From Mycobacteriales bacterium (GTDB taxonomy: Bacteria > Actinomycetota > Actinomycetes > Mycobacteriales > CAJCIY01), in contig DASZYF010000155.1 in NCBI GenBank assembly GCA_035545535.1, positions 1 to 24,000 on the forward strand: DNA of 24,000 bases. Direction: 5' to 3'. Of the stretch, positions 1 through 8,060 are shown one piece after another. Position 1 is the first letter of the stretch, and the number at the start of each line of letters is the position of its first letter. The translations under genes and the position numbers were made by a program. The notes below the pieces were generated by a model. That model saw only the letters and a program-made list of their open reading frames with translations. It was not told where the DNA came from and did not search any database.

Positions 1-294
1 GAGCCGGACGGGCCGCGCTCGCTCTACCTGGCCGCCCTCCGGGTGCGGCACCTCCAGCCCGGCGTCTTCCAGCGGGTGCTGCTCGTGGAGGGCGTGTTCG
101 CCCTCGCGGTCATCCTCGCGCTGGCCGACCTCGCCAGCCCGTGGCTCATCGCCGTGCTCCCCGCCGTCGTGGCCGTGCTGGTGAAGCTGCACGACCTGGT
201 CGAGGAGGGCATCGAGCGCGCCCGGGCCGGGACGCAGGACGGCCCCGGAGCGCGCTCCGGGGCCGGGGTGGTGCAGGGGCCGAGCGACTTCTAG
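1..294 (+). CDS. C-terminal part of a hypothetical membrane protein (5' end lies outside the window)
   Basis: Frame 1 is open from base 1 to TAG 292-294. Third codon positions are almost all G/C, as in the confident genes. The hydrophobic stretch [36 protein letters not shown] looks transmembrane. No family recognised. Confidence 0.5.
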   Translation, partial: EPDGPRSLYLAALRVRHLQPGVFQRVLLVEGVFALAVILALADLASPWLIAVLPAVVAVLVKLHDLVEEGIERARAGTQDGPGARSGAGVVQGPSDF

Positions 295-327
295 AGCATC
301 GACGCCCAGAGCATCGACGCCTAGAGC
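292..327. repeat. Tandem 15-nt direct repeat (two full copies plus a partial third) filling the convergent junction between the first ORF and rpsT
   Basis: TAGAGCATCGACGCC (292-306), CAGAGCATCGACGCC (307-321), TAGAGC (322-327). The copies differ only at the first base. Confidence 0.85.
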
Positions 328-581
328 GCCGCGGCCTTCTTGGCGATGGCCGACTTGCGGTTGGCCGCCTGGTTCTTGTGGATGACGCCCTTGCTCACGG
401 CCTTGTCGAGCGCCCGCGAGGCGGCGCGCTCGAGCGCGAGCGCCTGGTCCTTGTCGCCCGCGTCCGCGGCTTCACGGAACTTGCGCACCGACGTCTTGAG
501 CGAGCTCTTGACCGCCTTGTTGCGCAGGCGGGCCTTCTCGTTCGTCTTGTTGCGCTTGATCTGGCTCTTGATGTTGGCCAT
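321..581 (-). CDS. rpsT: 30S ribosomal protein S20
   Basis: 86 aa starting [30 protein letters not shown]..., the typical S20 N-terminus, basic composition and size. ATG at 581-579. Confidence 0.97.
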   Translation of the reverse strand: MANIKSQIKRNKTNEKARLRNKAVKSSLKTSVRKFREAADAGDKDQALALERAASRALDKAVSKGVIHKNQAANRKSAIAKKAAAL

Positions 582-722
582 GCGAGTTCCGTCTGTCCGA
601 TCAGGTGGGGCGCCGGCTCGAGCGGGCCCGGGGAGCCTTCCAGCCGCGGGAGGTGTCCACGCAGCCCGTCAAGGCTAGCAGGAGCGGTCGGGAGCGCACC
701 GCGCACCTGGGAGACTCGACGC

Positions 723-2576
<1,854 letters not shown>

Positions 2577-2642
2577 CGCCGCATCCGGACCGACACTCCG
2601 GTATCAATGGGGCACTTGCCGCATGACCCCCGGAGGTTCCCC

Positions 2643-3521
2643 ATGAAGCTGCGCACCCGTCTCGGCCCTCGCGTGATCGCCGCGCTCGCCGTAGGCGCCG
2701 GGCTCGCCCTGTCCGTGCCCGCCGGGCAGGCCGCGCCGCGCGACGGCGCATCCGAGGTCTACGTCATCCGCAACGGCGGCACGCCCTGCGCCGCGCTGTC
2801 GAAGACGCTGCACGGCTCGATCATCGGGATGGACCACCGGCTCGTGAACGCGATGATCAGCATGGACATCCAGGACGCGACCGGGCGCGTGATCGACGGC
2901 AACGGCTGCGTCGGCTCCTCCGGCTACGGCCTGTCGGTGCACGTGAACTACTCGGTGCCGTCCAACGGAGCGGTGCCCGGCCGGTCCGAGGCCGACGGCG
3001 CGGTCACGCAGTGGTCGGTGACGCTCCCCTCGGACGCGGCGAAGGTCTACATCGAGGTCTACCCGCAGCGCCGCTCCAGCGACCCCAAGTACGGCGGCAC
3101 CGACAAGTCGCACTACGGGTTCGCCGAGCGGCCCGGCCTCAAGATCGGGGCGAGCGGCGCGACCGTGAAGCTCGCGCTGCCGGTGGCCAGCTGCTCGCTG
3201 CCGCACGGTGCCGGCACCCTGACCGGCCGCTTCCTCTCCGGTGGCCGCGTCGTGCGGGGCGTGCGCGTGAGCGCGTTCAGCGAGGCCACGCCGCCGTCGG
3301 ACCCGGTGGCATCGGGGCCGCTCGGCTTCGGCATCTGGAACGGCAGCGCGGGCCAGTACCGCATGCCGCTGCTGGCGTCCGGCTCCGGCAAGGGCCAGCC
3401 CTACACGTTGATCGCGCGCCTGGCCGACGGCCGTTCCAAGACCTTCGTCATGAAGGCCCGGGGCGTGGTCAAGACCGGCGTGAGGCCGTGCAAGGTCACG
3501 ACGTTCGACCTGAGCTTCTGA
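2643..3521 (+). CDS. Secreted protein of unknown function
   Basis: ATG 2643 is preceded by GGAGG (2632-2636, 6-nt spacer). The N-terminus MKLRTRLGPRVIAALAVGAGLALSVPAGQA/AP looks like a Sec signal peptide with an AxA-type site. High GC3 throughout. The mature part has four Cys. No family recognised. Confidence 0.75.
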   Translation: MKLRTRLGPRVIAALAVGAGLALSVPAGQAAPRDGASEVYVIRNGGTPCAALSKTLHGSIIGMDHRLVNAMISMDIQDATGRVIDGNGCVGSSGYGLSVHVNYSVPSNGAVPGRSEADGAVTQWSVTLPSDAAKVYIEVYPQRRSSDPKYGGTDKSHYGFAERPGLKIGASGATVKLALPVASCSLPHGAGTLTGRFLSGGRVVRGVRVSAFSEATPPSDPVASGPLGFGIWNGSAGQYRMPLLASGSGKGQPYTLIARLADGRSKTFVMKARGVVKTGVRPCKVTTFDLSF

Positions 3522-3563
3522 CGCGCCGGTCCGCGCACACGTCCCCGAGCAGCACCGGCGTGG

Positions 3564-3598
3564 CCTGACCAGCGGGGGAGGGGACCCCGCCGGTCAGG
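3564..3598. terminator. Hairpin between convergent genes, a possible bidirectional terminator
   Basis: CCTGACCAGCGGGG (3564-3577), a 7-nt loop, then CCCCGCCGGTCAGG (3585-3598): a 14-bp stem with one mismatch. It overlaps the stop codon of the Rpf-like gene. No U-tract, which is common in GC-rich actinobacteria. Confidence 0.5.
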
Positions 3599-4049
3599 CG
3601 TGCACGCGGGCGGCCTTGCGGCCGCAGGTGCCCCAGTCAGCCCAGCTGCCGCGGCGGTCGTGCAGGCGCGCGGCGGCGGCGTCCTGGACGGCGTTGGACG
3701 CGTGGTTCGGCATGCCCTTGTAGCCCAGGCTGTGCCAGGTGGACGGCAGGAACTGGTAGGCGCCGTAGTAGCCGTTGCCGGTGTTGATCGAGTAGCGGCC
3801 GCCCGACTCGCACATCCGCAGCGCCTGCAGCGCCTTGGACAGGGTCCGGACGCGGCTCCACTGGTGCGGCGTGACACCCGCGGGCGTCGACGACGAGTGA
3901 GCGGCGGCGGGCTTCGAGCTCGACGAGCTCGACGTGCCGGACGACGGGGTGGCGGCCGAGGCCGCCGGGGCGGTCACGATCGACAGGCCGAGCAGAGCCG
4001 GCACGGCCGTGCTGAGCACAGCCGTGCTGACGCCATGGAGGGCACGCAC
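3594..4049 (-). CDS. Secreted Rpf-like (resuscitation-promoting-factor / transglycosylase-like domain) muralytic protein, copy 1
   Basis: The C-terminal domain LRMCESGGRYSINTGNGYYGAYQFLPSTWHSLGY...WGTC matches the Rpf core (ECESGG-x-W-x-INTGNG-x-YGG-x-QF...W...C). It has an N-terminal signal-like segment (AVPALLGLSIVTAPAASA) and a Ser-rich linker. GTG start at 4049-4047, with GGGAG 7 nt upstream. Confidence 0.85.
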   Translation of the reverse strand: MRALHGVSTAVLSTAVPALLGLSIVTAPAASAATPSSGTSSSSSSKPAAAHSSSTPAGVTPHQWSRVRTLSKALQALRMCESGGRYSINTGNGYYGAYQFLPSTWHSLGYKGMPNHASNAVQDAAAARLHDRRGSWADWGTCGRKAARVHA

Positions 4050-4059
4050 GCAGGGACTC

Positions 4060-4248
4060 CCGGACGCCTGCGAGGTGAGCTGTCGGGTTCGGACGCGGGA
4101 AAGGTCGCCCGGCCGGCTCGCGCCGGCTTCACCCCTAGGACCGCCTCCCGTCGTGCTGACCGGGTCGAGATGCGGCCCGCCTGTGGTTCCCCCACTCCCG
4201 TCCTTGGGGTCGTACGCCGCGCGGCCGGGGACGGGATTGGGCGTCCGG
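4060..4248 (-). promoter_or_regulatory. ydaO/yuaA-class (c-di-AMP) riboswitch aptamer in the 5' leader of Rpf-like gene 1
   Basis: The minus strand contains CGCCCAAUCC, GGGAGUGGGGGAACCAC, CUAGGGGUGAAGCC and CCGAACCCGACAGCUCACCUCGCAGGCG. These match the conserved blocks of the ydaO motif as I remember them (CGCUUAAUC / GGGGACCCA / GGGGUGAAUC / CCGAAUCCGACAGCUAACCUCGUAAGCG). The closing helix is CCGGACGCC (4248-4240) paired with GGCGUCCGG (4068-4060). Confidence 0.85.
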
Positions 4249-4283
4249 CCGAGCAGGGCCCCACGGGTGCGGAGCCGTGGCGG

Positions 4284-4314
4284 ACGCTAGCAGCCCCCGT
4301 GCACAAGTGATCAA
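4284..4314 (-). promoter_or_regulatory. Putative promoter of the riboswitch / Rpf-like 1 transcript
   Basis: Minus strand: TTGATC (4314-4309), 19 nt, then TAGCGT (4289-4284, fits TANNNT), about 35 nt upstream of the aptamer. The TAGCGTC heptamer is shared with the copy-2 leader. The spacing is long and no transcript data are available. Confidence 0.3.
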
Positions 4315-4320
4315 GAGCTG

Positions 4321-4338
4321 TGTGACGGCGATTTCACA
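4321..4338. promoter_or_regulatory. CRP/FNR-like palindrome with non-canonical spacing (TGTGA-N8-TCACA)
   Basis: TGTGAcggcgattTCACA has perfect half-sites, but the spacer is 8 nt rather than 6. It lies just upstream of the putative Rpf-like 1 promoter and overlaps the MFS stop codon. Confidence 0.3.
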
Positions 4339-5647
4339 CCGCGGCGACCTCGAGCCCCACTGGTCCCACAGGCCTCACCCGTCCCACGGCCTGGACGAAG
4401 AGCGCGGCGACCACGGCGAGGCCGCCGGCGACCGCGAACGCGAGGGTGTAGCTGCCCTCCGCGCCCCGGACCGCACCGGCCGCCCAGGCGGCGACGGCCG
4501 CGCCGAGCTGGTGGCTGGCGAAGACCCAGCCGAACACCACGCCGGCCCGTTCCGGGCCGAACGCCCGGGCGCACAGCGCCACCGTGGGCGGCACGGTGGC
4601 GACCCAGTCGAGCCCGTAGAACAGCGCGAACGGCAGCAGGCCCGCGTGGTGGCCCTGGCCGAGCGCGCTCGGTAGCAGGATCAGCGAGAGGCCGCGCAGG
4701 CCGTAGTACCAGAACAGCAGGCGCCGCGGCTCGATCCGGTCGGTCAGCCAGCCGCTGGCCATCGTCCCGGCCACGTCGAACACACCCATGAGCGCGAGCA
4801 GGCCCGCCGCGGTGGTCTCCGGGATGCCGTGGTCGACGCAGGCCGGGATGAGGTGGGTGCCGATGAGGCCGTTCGTGGTGGCTCCGCAGATCGCGAACGA
4901 GCCCGCGAGCAGCCAGAAGTCCTTGCTCCGCACCGCGATCCGCAGGCCGTCGAACGCCGCGGCGATGGGGTTGCCAGCCGCCCCCGCAGGCGCGTCGTCC
5001 TCCGTGGCGCCGTAGGCGCGCAGGCCGATGTCCTCCGGGCGGTCGCGCATGAGGAGGGCCACGAGCGGCCACACGAGCAGCGCTCCTCCGGCGACCGCGA
5101 TGGAGGCCGACCGCCAGCCGTGCTCCTTCACCAGCCAGGCGAGCAGCGGCAGGAACGCGAGCTGCCCCGTGGCGCTCGCCGCCGTGAGCGTGCCGGTGAC
5201 CAGGCCGCGCCGCGCGACGAACCATCGTGTGGCGACCGTTGCCGCCAGCACCGTCGCCATGCAGCCCGTGCCGGTCCCGACCACCACGCCCCAGAGCAGG
5301 TAGAGCTGCCAGGGCGCGTTGATGCGCGCAGTCAGCGCCGATCCGGCCGCGACGAGCATCAGAGCGATGAGCACCACGCGCCGGATGCCGAACCGCTGCA
5401 TCAGCGCGGCGGCGAACGGCCCGGCCAGGCCGAAGAGCACGAGGTTGATCGAGACGGCCACGCCGATCGTCGCCCGGCTCCAGCCGAACTGGTCCTGCAG
5501 CGGCACGATGAGCACGCCGGGCGCGGAGCGGAAGCCGCTGGCGCCCATGAGCGTCACGAAGGTCACGGCGGCGACGATCCAGGCGTAGTGGCGGCCGACC
5601 TTGGCCGGTGCGGCCGGGTCGGTCGCCGGTGCTGTCACACCGTCCAT
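4334..5647 (-). CDS. MFS transporter (oxalate/formate-antiporter or monocarboxylate-porter-like subgroup)
   Basis: About 12 hydrophobic segments. The N-terminal region YAWIVAAVTFVTLMGASGFRSAPGVLIVPLQDQFGWSRATIGVAVSINLVLFGLAGPFAAALMQRFGIRR resembles OFA/MCT-type MFS proteins. Start set at ATG 5647, because codons 5648-5707 of the tracked ORF have many A/T third positions. Confidence 0.85.
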   Translation of the reverse strand: MDGVTAPATDPAAPAKVGRHYAWIVAAVTFVTLMGASGFRSAPGVLIVPLQDQFGWSRATIGVAVSINLVLFGLAGPFAAALMQRFGIRRVVLIALMLVAAGSALTARINAPWQLYLLWGVVVGTGTGCMATVLAATVATRWFVARRGLVTGTLTAASATGQLAFLPLLAWLVKEHGWRSASIAVAGGALLVWPLVALLMRDRPEDIGLRAYGATEDDAPAGAAGNPIAAAFDGLRIAVRSKDFWLLAGSFAICGATTNGLIGTHLIPACVDHGIPETTAAGLLALMGVFDVAGTMASGWLTDRIEPRRLLFWYYGLRGLSLILLPSALGQGHHAGLLPFALFYGLDWVATVPPTVALCARAFGPERAGVVFGWVFASHQLGAAVAAWAAGAVRGAEGSYTLAFAVAGGLAVVAALFVQAVGRVRPVGPVGLEVAAV

Positions 5648-5741
5648 CACACCGGAGAAGGTCCGCGGAAGTCGATCACATTCCCGGGCGGCCCCGAGAT
5701 GTGGCAAGACCGCTGGCCGAAAGGGCGTGCGCGGCAGCGAT

Positions 5742-5747
5742 TAGCGT
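5742..5747 (+). promoter_or_regulatory. Candidate -10 hexamer for a leaderless transcript of the four-gene operon
   Basis: TAGCGT (TANNNT) ends 8 nt before GTG 5756, and no Shine-Dalgarno precedes that GTG. The heptamer TAGCGTC is identical to the one in both Rpf-like leaders. Confidence 0.3.
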
Positions 5748-5755
5748 CACGTCTC

Positions 5756-8056
5756 GTGGGCATCCGCAGCGGCCTCGCGAACAAACGGCTGCTGCTCACC
5801 GGCACCACCGGCTTCGTCGGGGAGGCCCTGCTCGAGCGGATCCTCTCCGAGCTCCCGGACACCCGGGTCGTGCTGGTCGTGCGCCCGCAGGGCAGGAAGA
5901 GCGCCCGTGCGCGCGTCGAGGAGCAGCTCCGCACGAAGAGCGCGTTCGCCGGGCTGCGCACGCGGCTCGGTGACGACGCGCTCGTCGCCCTCCTCGACTC
6001 GCACGTGGACGTCATCGAGGGCGACCTCGGTGCGCCGCTGCCCGCGCTGCCGTCCGACCTCGACGTCGTCATCCACTGCGCCGGCGAGGTCACGTTCGAC
6101 ATGGCCATCGACGAGGCGTTCCGCGCGAACCTCCTCGGCGCGCAGAGCCTGCTCGACGCCGTGCGCGCCTCCGGGTCGACACCGCACTGGCTGCACGTCT
6201 CCACCGCGTACGTCGCCGGCCTGACGTCGGGCTGGGTGCCGGAGGCGCGGCACGCACACGAGGTCGACTGGCGGGCGGAGTGCGCCGCAGGCCTCGCGCT
6301 GCGCGACCGCGTCGATCTCGACAGCCGCGTGCCCGGCGTGCTCGGGCCGCTGCTCGACGAGGCGCGCGCGGCACAGGGCCGGGCCGGTTCGAAGGGCGTC
6401 GCCGACGAGGCCGAGCGGCTGCGCAAGCGGTGGGTGCACAAGCGCCTGGTCGAAGCCGGCTTGCAGCGCGCTCAGAGCCTCGGCTGGACCGACGCCTACA
6501 CGTTCACCAAGGCGCTCACGGAGCGCATGACCGAAGAGCTCTGCGCCGACTGGGGCGTGCCGCTCACCGTCGTGCGCCCGACCATCGTCGAGAGCGCGCT
6601 CACCACGCCGCACCCCGGCTGGATCGAGGGCTTCAAGGTCGCCGAGCCGATCATCCTGGCCTACGGGCGCGGTCAGCTGCCCGACTTCCCGGCCGCGCCG
6701 GACACGGCGATGGACATCGTCCCCGTCGACATCCTCGTCGCGGCGATGCTCGCGGCCGCGGCGACGCCCCCCGCCGTCGACGCGCCCGCGTACTACCAGG
6801 TGGGGTCGAGCGCGCGGAACCCCCTGCGGTTCCTTCAGCTGTACACGAGCGTGCGCCACTACTTCCAGCAGCACCCCATGCCCAAGCGCGAGCGCGGCAC
6901 CGCGGGCGTGCCCACGTGGCAGTTCGCGAGCGAAGCGTCGATCGAACGCAAGCTGCAGCTCGCCGAGCGCGGGCAGCGGTGGGCCGAGAAGGCCGTCGGT
7001 GCGCTGCCGCAGAGCGACCGGTCGCGGTCGTTGGTCAACAAGGTCGACGCGCAGGCCAGCGGGCTGCGCCAGGTGCGCAAGCTCGCCGACCTCTACCGCG
7101 CGTACACGCAGGCCGAGGTCGTCTACACCGACGACAACGTCGTCGCGCTGCTGCGGTCGCTCCCGGAAGCCGAGCAGCGCGACTTCCCGTTCGACGTCGC
7201 CGTCATCGACTGGCACCACTACCTCACCGAGCTGCACTGCCCGGCGGTGACGGCCGGCCTTCGGTGGCTCGATGCGATCCCGATGCCGGCGCCGAAGCCG
7301 CTGCCCGAGCTCGCCGCCCGCCCGGCCGCGACCGACGACGGTCAGGTCATCGCCGCGTTCGACCTCGACGGCACGCTCGTGAAGAGCACGGTGGTCGAGG
7401 CCTACCTCTGGACGCGCCTGGCGGATCTCGGGGGCCGCGACCGGGTGCGCGAGGTCGGAGCGGTGCTCGCGTCGCTGCCCGGCTGGATCAGGTCCGACCG
7501 CGTGAACCGCAGCGCGCTGCTGCGCTCCCTCTACCTGCGGTACGCAGGCGCCGACCTGCTCGAGCTCGAGCGGCTCGTGGACGACGACATCGCGGGTGTG
7601 GTCCTGCAACGCGTCAGCGCCGCGGCACTGCGGCGCGTCCGCGAGCACCGGGCGGCCGGTCACCGCACCGTGCTCGTCACCGGAGCGCTCGACGTGCTCA
7701 CCCGTCCGCTCGCGCCGTTGTTCGACGAGATCGCCGCAGTGCATCTGATCACCGATGCGCACGGGATCGCGACGGGTCGGCTCGCGGAGCCGCCGCTCGT
7801 CGGCGAGGCGCGTGGTGCGTGGCTGCGTCGGCGCGCGGGCGTCGCGGGCTGGGACCTCTCCGCGTCCTACGCGTACGCCGACAGCCACTCCGACCTGCCG
7901 ATGCTGCGGGCGGTCGGCCATCCGGTCGCGGTGAACCCCGACGCCGACCTGCTGCGCATCGCGAAGCGGGGCAGCTGGCCGGTCGAGACGTGGCCGGTGT
8001 CGAAGGCCATCCCGGCGATCCAGCTGCCCGAACGCACTGCATCGGTGTGGGGGTGA
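5756..8056 (+). CDS. Fusion protein: N-terminal fatty acyl-CoA/ACP reductase (NAD_binding_4 'male sterility' SDR) plus C-terminal HAD-IB (SerB-like) phosphatase
   Basis: N-terminal half: LLLTGTTGFVG (TGxxGxxG Rossmann) and GWTDAYTFTKALTE (YxxxK in the PNTYTFTKAL context typical of FARs). C-terminal half: AAFDLDGTLV (DxDGT motif I), VLVTGAL (motif II) and YADSHSDLPML (motif IV, HAD-IB style). Start set at GTG 5756, because codons 5699-5755 have low GC3 (caa, aaa, cga, tta, tca, cgt). ATG 5699 is the alternative. Confidence 0.85.
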   Translation: MGIRSGLANKRLLLTGTTGFVGEALLERILSELPDTRVVLVVRPQGRKSARARVEEQLRTKSAFAGLRTRLGDDALVALLDSHVDVIEGDLGAPLPALPSDLDVVIHCAGEVTFDMAIDEAFRANLLGAQSLLDAVRASGSTPHWLHVSTAYVAGLTSGWVPEARHAHEVDWRAECAAGLALRDRVDLDSRVPGVLGPLLDEARAAQGRAGSKGVADEAERLRKRWVHKRLVEAGLQRAQSLGWTDAYTFTKALTERMTEELCADWGVPLTVVRPTIVESALTTPHPGWIEGFKVAEPIILAYGRGQLPDFPAAPDTAMDIVPVDILVAAMLAAAATPPAVDAPAYYQVGSSARNPLRFLQLYTSVRHYFQQHPMPKRERGTAGVPTWQFASEASIERKLQLAERGQRWAEKAVGALPQSDRSRSLVNKVDAQASGLRQVRKLADLYRAYTQAEVVYTDDNVVALLRSLPEAEQRDFPFDVAVIDWHHYLTELHCPAVTAGLRWLDAIPMPAPKPLPELAARPAATDDGQVIAAFDLDGTLVKSTVVEAYLWTRLADLGGRDRVREVGAVLASLPGWIRSDRVNRSALLRSLYLRYAGADLLELERLVDDDIAGVVLQRVSAAALRRVREHRAAGHRTVLVTGALDVLTRPLAPLFDEIAAVHLITDAHGIATGRLAEPPLVGEARGAWLRRRAGVAGWDLSASYAYADSHSDLPMLRAVGHPVAVNPDADLLRIAKRGSWPVETWPVSKAIPAIQLPERTASVWG

Positions 8057-8060
8057 TCGC

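Noticed and set aside
141-722. 5' extension of the lepA ORF (811-aa version in the ORF track)
   Set aside because: It runs antisense across rpsT and is Arg/Gly/Ala-rich, typical of an off-frame read of GC-rich DNA. A good GGGAG + ATG start exists at 723, right before the GTPase G1 motif.
2585-2601. Possible terminator hairpin after lepA (CCGGA-N7-TCCGG)
   Set aside because: It has only a 5-bp stem and no U-tract, so it is too weak to call. lepA may read through into the secreted-protein gene or terminate by another mechanism.
4321-4338. The palindrome at the MFS stop as an intrinsic terminator of the MFS gene
   Set aside because: It has a 5-6 bp stem, an 8-nt loop and AT-containing arms, which makes it weak as a terminator in this GC context. 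The exact TGTGA/TCACA half-sites make a protein-binding site the more economical reading, and even that is kept at low confidence because of the N8 spacing.
5666-5680. Possible CRP half-site (TCACA) in the MFS/operon divergent region
   Set aside because: The partner half-site at N6 spacing reads GCGGA, only 2/5 matches to TGTGA. A single 5-mer is not meaningful.
4829-5755. 5' extension of the reductase-HAD ORF (1075-aa version), including ATG 5699
   Set aside because: 4829-5647 is antisense to the MFS gene. Codons 5699-5755 have many A/T third positions (caa, aaa, cga, tta, tca, cgt), unlike real genes here. GTG 5756 precedes the Rossmann motif at a normal distance.
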